IMG/VR virus record: IMGVR_UViG_3300033149_001001
Span: 1 to 60,247 of that record
Origin: a virus
Taxonomy: Duplodnaviria > Caudoviricetes
Strand: one strand, 5' to 3'
Length of the DNA: 60,247 bases
Made by a program: the position numbers and the translations under genes. Position 1 is the stretch's first letter, and every line of letters starts with the position of its first letter. Below the pieces are notes generated by a model. It ran no database searches, was not told the DNA's origin, and saw only the letters and a list, made by a program, of their open reading frames with translations. Below, piece after piece: positions 27,691 through 38,200 of the stretch.

Positions 27691-29159
27691 AGACAAAACC
27701 GTTTGAGCATCAAGCAACAGAGCTTGCTGAGCACGGCATGGACAAGATTCGAGCGATCCACTGGGAGCAGGGAACAGGTAAAACATGGCTGGCATTAGCA
27801 ACCGCCGAACGGCTCTACGCCGAGGGTGAGATCGACGCCCTCTTCATCATCGCCCCTCCTGGGCTTCACACCAACTGGGTCAACTACGAGATTCCGGACC
27901 ATTTAGGTTTGGAATATGATGCGGTCGCATTTCAATCAAGACGAGCAAAGACCAAGAAACACATGCGGGAGTGTCACACAGTACTCAACTCTGCGAAGTT
28001 TCCGATTCTCGCGATGTCATACCCAGGGATCAAGACGGCTGCGGGCAAGAAGCTGGCGAAACAATTTCTCACGAAGCATCGATGTCTCTATGTGGCTGAT
28101 GAATCGAACCGGATCAAGACACCTTCTGCGAAGGTCACAAGAACCGTCTTGGCTTCCAGTGATTATGCTCGCTATAAACGAACACTTTGTGGCACACCGA
28201 TCACGAACGCTCCATTCGATGTCTATACGCAGTTCCGATTCTTGGATAAGCGGTTCTGGGCCGAAACGGAATATGGCCTTGGGAGCTATCAATGCTTTAA
28301 GACGTTCTTCGGTGTTTGGGAAAAGGGCTATAACGGTAAATTGGATCGGGAATTCGATCAACTCGTCGGGTTCAAGAACCTTGAAATCCTGACAAAGCTC
28401 GTTCGATCTATGTCATCACGAGTGCTCAAAGAAGACGTATTAGACCTTCCGCCTAAGCTGTATTCTTATGCGGGTTTTCAAATGACGCCCAAACAACGCA
28501 GCCTGTATGAGGATATTGAGAACGAATTCATGGCCGAAATCGAAGGTGATGTGGTGTTTACACCATTGGCGATCACTCGGCTTTTGCGGCTCCAACAGAT
28601 CACATGTGGCTATTTGCCTACTGGCATCGAGAATGAATGCGTCATGATCGAAAAAGAAAATCCAAGACTCAAGCTCCTGAATGAGATTGTGCAAGACCTT
28701 CCCCACAAAGCAATCATTTGGGCCCGGTTTCTCAAAGACATCGATCTAATCTGCGAACTGCTTGGGGACAAAGCTGTCCGGTGGGATGGCTCAATTCCGG
28801 AAGATCACCGAGAAGAAAACAAGAAGCTATTTAAGGCAGAACCGGTAGAGAATATCCAATTTATTGTGGCCACGCCTGATTCAATGGGCGAGGGACACAC
28901 ATTCAACGAAGCCAAGACCACTATCTACTATAGTAATAGTTACAAAATGAAGGAACGGCATCAATCCGAAGACAGAAATCATCGTGCCGGGCAAAACGAT
29001 CAAATTCACTATATCGACATTGTGGCCGATAATACCAAGGATGTTGCCATCATCGACGCACTCCGGACTAAGTTCGATAACGCCTCAAGAGTCGTAGACG
29101 GAAAAATAAGGAATTGGCTCTTGACATACGACGCAGAAACAGATATACTGGCAGTATAA
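27687..29159 (+). CDS. SNF2-like DNA helicase
   Basis: EQGTGKT, VADES, CGTP and QSEDRNHRAGQ motifs. Confidence 0.9.
   Translation: MKTKPFEHQATELAEHGMDKIRAIHWEQGTGKTWLALATAERLYAEGEIDALFIIAPPGLHTNWVNYEIPDHLGLEYDAVAFQSRRAKTKKHMRECHTVLNSAKFPILAMSYPGIKTAAGKKLAKQFLTKHRCLYVADESNRIKTPSAKVTRTVLASSDYARYKRTLCGTPITNAPFDVYTQFRFLDKRFWAETEYGLGSYQCFKTFFGVWEKGYNGKLDREFDQLVGFKNLEILTKLVRSMSSRVLKEDVLDLPPKLYSYAGFQMTPKQRSLYEDIENEFMAEIEGDVVFTPLAITRLLRLQQITCGYLPTGIENECVMIEKENPRLKLLNEIVQDLPHKAIIWARFLKDIDLICELLGDKAVRWDGSIPEDHREENKKLFKAEPVENIQFIVATPDSMGEGHTFNEAKTTIYYSNSYKMKERHQSEDRNHRAGQNDQIHYIDIVADNTKDVAIIDALRTKFDNASRVVDGKIRNWLLTYDAETDILAV
29121..29149 (+). promoter_or_regulatory. Sigma70-like promoter
   Basis: TTGACA-N17-TATACT. 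Confidence 0.7.
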
Positions 29160-29166
29160 CGATTCA

Positions 29167-29748
29167 GTGAGGAGAACAAAAACAGTGGCAGATCAAAAGT
29201 TACCATACGACTACTCAGGTTTTCAGGATGAACCACAAGCGGTCGATGACGTCTTAGGCAAGATTTCAACGCTTGCAGACGAAATGTTGGAGCTTGACCG
29301 TAAGATCGCCCATCATGATCTTGAGCACAAGAAACTGATCGAACAGCGGCGACAAATTGCCGAAGAGCAATTACCGGAGCTTTTTGAACAGGTAGGCATG
29401 TCCGAATTGAAGACCCGTAAGGGTATTCCGCTCAAGCTGAAAAGCCGAGTCCACACAAGCATCGCCAAAGAGCGAAAGCCCAGAGCGATTGCATGGCTGG
29501 ATGAAAACGGGCAAGGGGGAATGGTTCGCCGAAATGTGGTCATTGATTTCGACAAGACCCAGCAAGAGAAGGTAGATAAGCTCCTGCGGTTGATTGGTAA
29601 GGGCTGGCCCAATCACCGGGTCCAGTTAGACGTCAACGCCGCAACTGTTAAGGCGTTCGTGAAGCGTTGTTTGGCAGACGGAGTGAGCATTCCAAAGGAT
29701 ATTTTCGGCATACATTGTGTAGATGTAGTCGAGATCACGAGTAAGTAA
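29167..29748 (+). CDS. Conserved replication-module protein (start may be GTG 29185)
   Basis: EEQLPELF, AIAWLDENG and VNAATVKAFVK motifs; synteny. Confidence 0.6.
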   Translation: MRRTKTVADQKLPYDYSGFQDEPQAVDDVLGKISTLADEMLELDRKIAHHDLEHKKLIEQRRQIAEEQLPELFEQVGMSELKTRKGIPLKLKSRVHTSIAKERKPRAIAWLDENGQGGMVRRNVVIDFDKTQQEKVDKLLRLIGKGWPNHRVQLDVNAATVKAFVKRCLADGVSIPKDIFGIHCVDVVEITSK

Positions 29749-29779
29749 CCAACACTCATTTTTCAGAGGAGACCAATCT

Positions 29780-30607
29780 ATGGCGACAAAGAAAGAGCAA
29801 GCACTGGCGAAAAAGGCCGAAGAGCAAACCGCGTTGGCTACTGGAGGCTTTGACTACGGCGAAGACGCCGGGTCCGGCTGGGAAAACACCAGCCAAGAAG
29901 ACTTCACCATCCCGTTCCTCTCCATCATCCAGGCCATGAGTCCACAGGTCCAGGAGACCGATGCCGAGTTCATCGAAGGTGCCAAGGCCGGAATGCTGAT
30001 GAACACTGCAACGTCGGAACTATTCAGTGGCAAGGATGGGGTAGAGTTTGTGCCCTGTTTTACCGAGCACAAATACGTCGAGTGGAAGAATCGTCAAAAG
30101 GATGGTGGCGGGTTCGTGGCGGTGCATGACTGCGATTCCGAGATTGTACGAGAGGCCAAAGCTGCCTCGACACAATTCGGCAAGTATACCGTCCCGGTGC
30201 CAGAGGGCGTTGACCATGATTTGGTTGAGACGTTCTACCTCTATGGCCTTCTGGTGAAGGGTGATGAAGTCGTGACGCCCTGTATGATCTCGTTCTCCAG
30301 CACCAAGATCAAGGCGTACAAGGGAGCCCTCACACCCCTACGTCAGATGGAAGGCCGCCCGCCTCTCTTCGCCTTCCGGCTCAGGATCACCACGGTAGCC
30401 GAGAAGAATGCCAAGGGCACTTTCCACAACTTCAAGATTGTCCCGGCGAATGGAAATCCGGTAGACTCGCTGATCGCCCCGGATGACAAAATTTTCCAGA
30501 CCGCGAAAGCGTTCAAAGATCAGGTCGCTTCGGGCAGTGCCAAAGTCGATCACACTGGTGGAGCCACCGGTGACGACCAAGGCAGCGACGCAGACTCCCC
30601 CTTCTAA
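29780..30607 (+). CDS. Putative single-stranded DNA-binding protein
   Basis: IPFLSIIQAMSPQV motif, acidic C-terminal tail ending DSPF. Confidence 0.65.
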   Translation: MATKKEQALAKKAEEQTALATGGFDYGEDAGSGWENTSQEDFTIPFLSIIQAMSPQVQETDAEFIEGAKAGMLMNTATSELFSGKDGVEFVPCFTEHKYVEWKNRQKDGGGFVAVHDCDSEIVREAKAASTQFGKYTVPVPEGVDHDLVETFYLYGLLVKGDEVVTPCMISFSSTKIKAYKGALTPLRQMEGRPPLFAFRLRITTVAEKNAKGTFHNFKIVPANGNPVDSLIAPDDKIFQTAKAFKDQVASGSAKVDHTGGATGDDQGSDADSPF

Positions 30608-30669
30608 TAGCACTCTCCTCCGGCGATGGGGGCCCGTGTGCCCCCACTTGCTTATCTGAGGTGTATTTG

Positions 30670-31845
30670 ATGAAATGGAGTAATCAACAACAATCCGCCA
30701 TAAATTCCGTGTATTCATGGTTCAAGCACTCAGATAAGCAGATTTACAGATTGTTTGGGTATGCGGGTGTAGGCAAGACCACGCTCGCGAAGGAAGTCGC
30801 ATCCCTGGGCACAACTCTCTTTTGTGCCTTCACCGGGAAAGCGGCATATGTTCTTCGGCAAAAAGGCTGTGAGGCTTTCACAATCCATCAATTGATCTAT
30901 CAAGCAAAGGAGAAAAGCCGAGACCGGCTGAAAAAGCTTGAAGAAAAGCTGGAGAACACTGACGATCCAGAAGTAATTGAAACACTGGAGAAAGAGATTG
31001 CGTTTGAACATAAGCGGCTAAACTCTCCCTCATTTATCCTGAATCCAGATAGCCCAGTGAAGACGGCTGATTTGGTGGTGGTTGATGAATGCTCAATGGT
31101 CAACGCTCAGATGGCAGAAGACCTTATGTCATTTGGCACAAAAATTCTCGTTTTGGGCGACCCGGCTCAGCTTCCTCCAGTATTTGGTCAAGGTTTCTTC
31201 ATCAAAGAACAGCCAGACTTCATGCTTACAGAAATTCACCGGCAGGCCCGCGATAATCCTATCATCAAGCTTGCAACCAAGATTCGGAAGCGGAACACGC
31301 CCCAGCCGGACGGAAATATGGTCGTGTCTTGGGGCGATATTACCCCCGAAGAGGCTTTGGGTTTCGATCAAATTTTAGTGGGCCGGAATAAAACACGAAA
31401 GGCCATAAACAAGAGAATCCGGACGCTAAAGCAAATGAATAGCGATATTCCTTTGGATGGCGATAGACTTGTTTGTCTCCGAAACGATCATGAAGTAGGT
31501 CTATTGAATGGAAGCATTTGGCAAGTCGATACTTGCATAGATATGGGGGATAAATACCTCGACCTCATAGTCAAAGACCCCGAAACTGATTCAGACTTCA
31601 TCGCCGTACAGGCCCATCGGCATCATTTCATTGTAAAAGATGATACACAGCTTCCATTCTGGGAACGAAAAGAAGCCCAAGAGTTCGATTATGGTTATGC
31701 CCTGACAGTTCACAAGTCACAAGGATCACAGTGGGATCGAGTATTGATATTTGATGAGAGCGGATGTTTTGGGGCGGATCAATATAGATGGTTGTATACT
31801 GCTGTGACGAGAGCAGCCAAAGAAGTTAAGCTGGTGGTTCGATGA
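30670..31845 (+). CDS. Dda/RecD-like SF1B helicase
   Basis: GYAGVGKT, VDECSM, GDPAQLPPV, YALTVHKSQGSQW and YTAVTRA motifs. Confidence 0.92.
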   Translation: MKWSNQQQSAINSVYSWFKHSDKQIYRLFGYAGVGKTTLAKEVASLGTTLFCAFTGKAAYVLRQKGCEAFTIHQLIYQAKEKSRDRLKKLEEKLENTDDPEVIETLEKEIAFEHKRLNSPSFILNPDSPVKTADLVVVDECSMVNAQMAEDLMSFGTKILVLGDPAQLPPVFGQGFFIKEQPDFMLTEIHRQARDNPIIKLATKIRKRNTPQPDGNMVVSWGDITPEEALGFDQILVGRNKTRKAINKRIRTLKQMNSDIPLDGDRLVCLRNDHEVGLLNGSIWQVDTCIDMGDKYLDLIVKDPETDSDFIAVQAHRHHFIVKDDTQLPFWERKEAQEFDYGYALTVHKSQGSQWDRVLIFDESGCFGADQYRWLYTAVTRAAKEVKLVVR

Positions 31846-33779
31846 CTAAACGACGAGCTAAAAATTACGTCGGACAACTCCCGCTGTTTCGACCAGAAAG
31901 CGACTGGACCCCACCCAAGATTTCAGACCTTCCATCCTGGAAAGACATAAAACGAATCGGACTTGACACAGAGACTAAGGACCCGAAGCTAAAAAAGCTT
32001 GGCCCCGGCGTCCGGCGGGGTGCTCACATCATCGGTATATCATTTGTAATTGAAGACGGGCCGGGCTATTATCTGCCTATTCGACACAGTAGTGGCAACC
32101 TGGACCCGGCAAAGGTTTTCGAGTATCTCAAAGATCAAGCCAAGGAATTCACGGGTTCAATCTGCGGAGCAAATTTGGGCTATGATCTTGATTTTCTGGC
32201 CGAGGAAGGCGTGATATTTCGTCGGGCCAATTTTCGTGATATCCAAATTGCCGAACCATTGATTGACGAAAACCAACTGTCCTACAGTCTGGATAATCTT
32301 GCAAAGAAGTATGGATTTGTCGGTAAAGAAGAAACCTTGTTACGGCAGGCGGCTACTGCTTATGGCATCGATCCCAAAAAAGATATGTGGCAGCTTCCCT
32401 CTAAGTACGTCGGACCCTACGCCATACCTGATGCGAAATTGCCGCTACAAATACTGCGAAAACAAGAACGAATTCTTGAAGATCAAGGCTTATGGGATAT
32501 TTACAACCTGGAACGTCGGGTTTTGCCTGTCCTGGTCAAGATGCGACGTCGCGGTGTCCGAATAGACTTCGATAAGTTAGATGAAGTCGAGCAACTAACC
32601 TTGAAGAAAGAACAAGAGTTTCTTGACACAATCTATCAATGTACTTTTGTTCGGATTGGTATTGATGAAATTAACACGACTCGATTTATCACTAAAGCTC
32701 TGGATAATGCCAAAATACCTTACGGCCGAACTGAACCTTCAAAGAGATTCCCTAACGGCCAACCCTCTGTTAAGAGGGAATTCTTGGAGCCGAATAAAGA
32801 GCACCCAGTAGTCAATGCAATCCTGGAGGCGAAAAGCTACAACAAGATTCGTAATACATTTGTGAACTCGATTCGAGATCATGCCGTCAACGGCCGAATT
32901 CATTGCACCTTTAATCAACTTCGCCGACAAGATGATAATAGTGATGAAGTCAAGGGAGCGGGCCCCGGTCGGTTATCCTCATGCAACCCAAATCTCCAGC
33001 AACAGCCGTCCCGACACCCAGTTCTGGGCAAAATGTGGCGTTCGATCTACCTACCCGACGAAGGCGGCCAATGGGCGGCTCTGGACTACTCTCAGCAGGA
33101 GCCCCGCCTGTTTATCCACTTTGCCCACATCGCCGGTTGTGCGGGCACACAGGACGCTGTAGATGGCTTCCATAAAGGCTTTGATTGGCACGATATGACC
33201 ACAGAGATGGCCTTTGGAATCAAAAAGGCCGATGATCCTGTGAAGTTCGCCAAACTCCGCAAAACAGCCAAGGCTGTTTTCTTGGGCCTAACATACGGCA
33301 TGGGTCAAGCAAAAATGTGTCAATCCTGCGGATTTCCTACTGAAATAATTAACATTCGCGGAGCCGAACGAGAAGTGGCCGGGCCTGAGGGGCGGGAGTT
33401 TTTGCGGAAATTCAACGAAAAAGTTCCCTTCCTACAGGAGATTAAGGATAAGGTTGAAAGGGTAGCCTGGAACCGGCGATATATCCGAACATTACTTGGG
33501 CGGCATATTCATTATCCGCCCGGCCGTGGGATGGAACGAAAGTCCCTGAATAACCTAATTCAGGGATCGGCCGCAGACCAAACCAAGCTCGCGATGGTGC
33601 TCCTGGACGAAAATAATTTCGATTTTCAGTTGCAAATTCATGACGAACTTGATACAACTGTATATGATGAACGTACTGCAAAGGATATGGCAGAGATTAT
33701 GGAAACTTGTGTGTCCCTCGTCGTACCGTCAAAGGTTGACATCGAAATAGGGGCCAATTGGGGAGATTCAATGGGATGA
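31842..33779 (+). CDS. polA: Family A DNA polymerase with 3'-5' exonuclease
   Basis: Exo DTET; motif A DYSQQEPR; motif B RKTAKAVFLGLTYG; motif C QIHDE. Confidence 0.95.
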   Translation: MTKRRAKNYVGQLPLFRPESDWTPPKISDLPSWKDIKRIGLDTETKDPKLKKLGPGVRRGAHIIGISFVIEDGPGYYLPIRHSSGNLDPAKVFEYLKDQAKEFTGSICGANLGYDLDFLAEEGVIFRRANFRDIQIAEPLIDENQLSYSLDNLAKKYGFVGKEETLLRQAATAYGIDPKKDMWQLPSKYVGPYAIPDAKLPLQILRKQERILEDQGLWDIYNLERRVLPVLVKMRRRGVRIDFDKLDEVEQLTLKKEQEFLDTIYQCTFVRIGIDEINTTRFITKALDNAKIPYGRTEPSKRFPNGQPSVKREFLEPNKEHPVVNAILEAKSYNKIRNTFVNSIRDHAVNGRIHCTFNQLRRQDDNSDEVKGAGPGRLSSCNPNLQQQPSRHPVLGKMWRSIYLPDEGGQWAALDYSQQEPRLFIHFAHIAGCAGTQDAVDGFHKGFDWHDMTTEMAFGIKKADDPVKFAKLRKTAKAVFLGLTYGMGQAKMCQSCGFPTEIINIRGAEREVAGPEGREFLRKFNEKVPFLQEIKDKVERVAWNRRYIRTLLGRHIHYPPGRGMERKSLNNLIQGSAADQTKLAMVLLDENNFDFQLQIHDELDTTVYDERTAKDMAEIMETCVSLVVPSKVDIEIGANWGDSMG

Positions 33780-34168
33780 GAACATTATTTTTCAAGAACA
33801 ACGTACACAATCTTGACCCGATAGAAATTCCGGGCCAATCTCCACGAGCCATCAACCTAACGGTTCGTAGGGGCCTCAAGTGGTCCGATCTGTTCACAGG
33901 TCAACTGGTAGAACTTCGCGAGATGGGGGCTCCAGAATCGGATAAGGCCCAAATCGCGAGGATTTTTGATGTCAAAGTCATGGTCTTCAAAGACCTCATA
34001 AACTATTCGCGAATGCTTGATCTTGGACACGATCCGAAATGTCGGAATTGGTCTGGTCTCGCGAAAGTCATGCGACAAGTCTATGACGGCTTCCTATCTC
34101 ACGAGATCGTGACGCTTGTGTTCTACGAGGTCGAGGGAGTATTCGGCCGGAATGAGGATCAGTTATGA
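33776..34168 (+). CDS. ASCH/PUA-like domain protein
   Basis: TVRRG..W, ARIFDVKV and MRQVY...EIVTLVFY pattern; ATGA overlap. Confidence 0.45.
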   Translation: MRTLFFKNNVHNLDPIEIPGQSPRAINLTVRRGLKWSDLFTGQLVELREMGAPESDKAQIARIFDVKVMVFKDLINYSRMLDLGHDPKCRNWSGLAKVMRQVYDGFLSHEIVTLVFYEVEGVFGRNEDQL

Positions 34169-34464
34169 GACTTCTTCTACGGTTCGGCCTACTTCGCCGA
34201 GATCATGCCCGCGATGAACTCCTTTGGGTAGAGTTTGACGCCTTATTCCTCATGTTTCGGGCCTTCTTTTCACTATCTAAGCCTATGCGAAAACAAGTTC
34301 ATGATGATAGGCCAACTTTGCGATTCTTTGTTGGGACGCCTCGACTGCATTTTCGGGTCAATACATGCGGCTATATTGTTGAAGAGGATAACTTCATGGT
34401 CAAGCTGCAATACAAGGCAACCTTCACATGCTTTGGGCTTTGTGGAGAACGAAGTTACTTCTAA
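34165..34464 (+). CDS. Hypothetical protein
   Basis: ATGA and TAATG coupling with both neighbours. Confidence 0.55.
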   Translation: MRLLLRFGLLRRDHARDELLWVEFDALFLMFRAFFSLSKPMRKQVHDDRPTLRFFVGTPRLHFRVNTCGYIVEEDNFMVKLQYKATFTCFGLCGERSYF

Positions 34465-34901
34465 TGGAGCAGGAACAGAGACAAAAACTGGTTAAGGCCC
34501 TGAACAAGGCCGGACTCGATGCGACAAGTGTCGAAAATCCGGCCTACCCTGGGACACCAGATATTCAGTTCATCGGCGGCTGGATCGAGTGCAAGTACTT
34601 GGATGATTGGCCCGCCCACAAGGAAACGACCGTTCGTATTCCGCACTTCACCCAACAGCAGCGAGTCTGGTTGCTGCGGCGTGAATTAGCTCGAAAGAAA
34701 TTGCCCGAAGAGCTTCACATATGTGGTAGATGCTATTTAGTACTTTATGTGTCCAAAACTCGTGAATGGTTGATCTTTGATGGAGAAACTTCCGCTCGCC
34801 GTATAGCAAAGGACGGATGCTCACGAGAGGTTTTATACAGCCTTTCGGGATTAACGACTACCGATATTAAGGACATTATTCGCTATGTCACTATCTCTTG
34901 A
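34464..34901 (+). CDS. PD-(D/E)XK nuclease (VRR-NUC/Holliday resolvase-like)
   Basis: VEN...GTPD....WIECK...Q..W motif. Confidence 0.8.
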   Translation: MEQEQRQKLVKALNKAGLDATSVENPAYPGTPDIQFIGGWIECKYLDDWPAHKETTVRIPHFTQQQRVWLLRRELARKKLPEELHICGRCYLVLYVSKTREWLIFDGETSARRIAKDGCSREVLYSLSGLTTTDIKDIIRYVTIS

Positions 34902-37254
34902 ATTCCTCCAGAAGTTTCGCCCGCACGGCCCTTGGGTTTTGACGGCTATCCATCCCACTAAAGAGGGTAGGCTCAACACAACAACATTTAATGAAGCAAG
35001 TGTAGAGAAGTTAAAGCAATGGCTGAACCGGTATGGCGAAGATCATAATATATACTTCTCAGTCAACCCTACTTTGGCAGATAAGGTCTACAAAAAAGCA
35101 TCCAGAGAAAATATCTCAGCAGTCGAATACCTACATGTAGATGTAGACCCACGGGCGGGCGAAGACCTGGATGCCGAACAAAAGCGAATTTTGGGTACCA
35201 TCCGCAAGTTCAAGCCCATTCCCACTTGCGTGATTTTCTCCGGAGGTGGTTATCAGGCGTTTTGGCGATTAGAAGAACCAATACAAATCGATGGCGATCT
35301 CCAAAAAGCAGAAGATGCCAAAAGATATAATCAACAACTCGAAATGCTCCTGGGAGGGGACAATTGTCATAACATTGATAGAATCATGAGGCTGCCCGGC
35401 ACAGTGAATCGTCCGAACGCAAAAAAGCGTAAGAAGGGCCGAACCGAGGTCATGGCCGAATTGATCCACTTTGATGGTACGATCTCTTACCCGATTTCAG
35501 ACTTTACTGCGGCCCAACCAGTACAAAGCCCCATCAACAAAGGATTTTCTGGGGGCCGATCTGAGCTTATGCCCAAGGTGGATACAGGTAACATCCGTCG
35601 GGTCGAGAGCCTGGACGAGCTTGGTGAAAATGTCAAGTCATGGGTGAAGGTGCTGATCGTCCAAGGCCACGATCCTGACGAGCCGAATAAATTCGCTTCT
35701 CGAAGTGAAGCATTATTCTGCGTTTGCTGCGAGCTTTGTCGAGCGGGCGTAGATGATAATGTGATTTTTTCCATCATTACCGACAAGGATTTTGGAATTT
35801 CCGAATCGGTCATTCAGCTTGGCTCGCGAGCGGAATCCTATGCCTTACGGCAAATTGAACGAGCCCACGAGTTTACAATCGATCCAGCCTTGACAGAACT
35901 GAATGAGCGTCATGCCGTCATTTCATCCATGGGTGGTAAATGCAGAGTCATCTCAGAGGAGCATGACTTCGCCTTTAATCGTCCAAAAATCGAAATGCAA
36001 ACATTCGCAGATTTCCGAAATCGTTACATGCACCAAAAAGTCAAGGTGGGCGAAGATAAAGACGGTAATGACAAATTCATGCCGAAGGGTGATTGGTGGT
36101 TGAAACATGCCCACCGGCGTCAATTCGATGCGATGGTATTCGTGCCCGGCCAAGAAGTTGAAGGTGCGTATAATCTCTGGCGAGGCTTCACTTGTGAGGC
36201 TAAGCCTGGGCAGTGTGACCTATTCCTGAATCATCTGCGTGACAATATATGCCAAGGCGTAGAAGAACATTATCAATATCTCGTGACATGGCTTGCGGAT
36301 GCAGTACAACATCCTAATAAACCAGGGGGCACAGCCGTGGTCATGCGAGGAAAACAAGGTACCGGCAAAAGCTTTTTTGCGAAAAGTGTTGGTCACTTAT
36401 TTGGTCAACACTTTCTCCAGATCAGCAATTCAAAACATCTGGTGGGTTCGTTCAATGCCCACTTGCGGGATTGTGTTTTACTCTTTGCCGACGAGGCTTT
36501 TTACGCCGGGGACAAGAAGGGCGAAGGCACTCTGAAAGCATTGATTACCGAAGAACATATCGTCGTAGAGAAAAAAGGCATAGATTCCGAAGCATCTCCG
36601 AATTATATTCATCTCATCATGGCCTCAAATAGCGAGTGGGTTGTACCTGTTGCGATGGACGACCGACGATTTTTCGTTTTAGATACCTCAGAAAATCACC
36701 GCAAAGACACCAAATACTTCGGAGCGATCCAAGATCAACTTGACCATGGCGGATATGAGGCCCTACTGCACTATCTAATGACATTCGATACAGGGAAAAT
36801 CAATCTTCGTGAGGCCCCAACCACGGACGCCCTGAACGAACAAAAACAACTCAATCTTAGCCCAGAACAATCATGGTGGTATGACCGGCTCCATGAGGGC
36901 CGCATATTGGCCCGACATGAACAATGGGAAACCTTAGTTCCAAAACAGGAATTATTGGCAGATTTTATTGATTTTGTGAAAACCTATGTTGGAAATTACA
37001 TGAATCGATGCTCAATGCACCGACTCACAAAATTTCTACATCGGGTCTTGCCTCCAGGTTTTCCTACAGTCAAAACCATGAAATGCAGCCCCAATCCCTC
37101 GCAACCGCTGCGAACCGGGCTAAACTTCTGCACAAATCCCCGGTGCTATGGCTTCCCTGGATTAGAGGACTGCCGTAAAGCCTGGAATGACGTTATGGGA
37201 TTTAATACGGTCTGGCAAGATGTGCCAGATAACGAAGAACCACCTCCGTTCTAA
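34885..37254 (+). CDS. Primase-helicase (RepB-type primase plus DUF5906/SF3-like NTPase)
   Basis: HVDVD, SGGGYQAFW and RIMRLPGT motifs; GKQGTGKS Walker A, FADE, ASN, DRRF. Confidence 0.9.
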   Translation: MSLSLEFLQKFRPHGPWVLTAIHPTKEGRLNTTTFNEASVEKLKQWLNRYGEDHNIYFSVNPTLADKVYKKASRENISAVEYLHVDVDPRAGEDLDAEQKRILGTIRKFKPIPTCVIFSGGGYQAFWRLEEPIQIDGDLQKAEDAKRYNQQLEMLLGGDNCHNIDRIMRLPGTVNRPNAKKRKKGRTEVMAELIHFDGTISYPISDFTAAQPVQSPINKGFSGGRSELMPKVDTGNIRRVESLDELGENVKSWVKVLIVQGHDPDEPNKFASRSEALFCVCCELCRAGVDDNVIFSIITDKDFGISESVIQLGSRAESYALRQIERAHEFTIDPALTELNERHAVISSMGGKCRVISEEHDFAFNRPKIEMQTFADFRNRYMHQKVKVGEDKDGNDKFMPKGDWWLKHAHRRQFDAMVFVPGQEVEGAYNLWRGFTCEAKPGQCDLFLNHLRDNICQGVEEHYQYLVTWLADAVQHPNKPGGTAVVMRGKQGTGKSFFAKSVGHLFGQHFLQISNSKHLVGSFNAHLRDCVLLFADEAFYAGDKKGEGTLKALITEEHIVVEKKGIDSEASPNYIHLIMASNSEWVVPVAMDDRRFFVLDTSENHRKDTKYFGAIQDQLDHGGYEALLHYLMTFDTGKINLREAPTTDALNEQKQLNLSPEQSWWYDRLHEGRILARHEQWETLVPKQELLADFIDFVKTYVGNYMNRCSMHRLTKFLHRVLPPGFPTVKTMKCSPNPSQPLRTGLNFCTNPRCYGFPGLEDCRKAWNDVMGFNTVWQDVPDNEEPPPF

Positions 37255-38200
37255 TGGGAGATAACATGGCAAACATTGCAGGAGATTATAGTCTGAGGTG
37301 CCGCAAATGTGAAGGCAAATTATCCAGACCCATCGAAGTCGATCCAGCGATCTATGGTCTTGTACCGAATAAACATGGGGCGGTACTTCGTAGATGTTTG
37401 AAGTGTTGGCAACTTTGGCTTGGGTATATCGAATTATTGCCCGATAAGAAAATGAAAATCATTCAAAAATGCGTTGACAGAGTGCTATAATCTTGTTATA
37501 CTGAGAGCACTATGAATCTTACAATTGCAATCGTGTTTGTGAAGGGCACAGCGAAGACTCGAATTGAGAGTGAGTGCCTTGTAACGTGTGCCCTGGAAGG
37601 GCAAAATGGGGGTGAATTGATTGATACGCATCGGCGTATCTTGGAGCAAGCATTTTCCGAGATACATGATACTGCCGAGGTTGACGTACTCTTTCCAGAA
37701 TTAGGCGAATGCGAAAACATCGTATGACTCCAATCAAGATCAAATTTCGTGGCGGCGAAAGCCTCCTTATCTTTGCCAGAGAGCCAATCTCATTTGCGGA
37801 ATCAGTTCACAATATAAATCCTCCGGAAATCGCATCATTGACATATCCCACTGAATCAAATCTGGATGAACCTGATCCCAACGAGCTTCAAGAGATCAAG
37901 ATCAGCTTAGATAGCGGTGGGATCATTATCTGCTACATCCACAAGGATGCTCAGAACAAGATACGATTCATTGAGGGAGTTGAATCAGTCGAGAATAGCA
38001 CTGTAATCGCTTACCATAAACTTAAGGAAGAGGAAATAAGGTTAAATGCACGCTGGAAGGCAGTACGAGACGTAATAAACAACATTCCAAATGAAGATAC
38101 TCGTCTTTATCTTCACCAAGAGTACTTGAAACGGCGACGAGCGTATGTCGCTGCCGTTGAAGCGTTAATTGAGGGCATGATTAGGAGACCCGAAGAATGA
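37254..38200 (+). other. Three hypothetical ORFs (37254..37490 with CxxC pairs; 37512..37727; 37724..38200)
   Basis: Tightly packed + strand ORFs with overlapping stops/starts. Confidence 0.55.
37474..37502 (+). promoter_or_regulatory. Sigma70-like promoter
   Basis: TTGACA-N17-TATACT. Confidence 0.7.
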
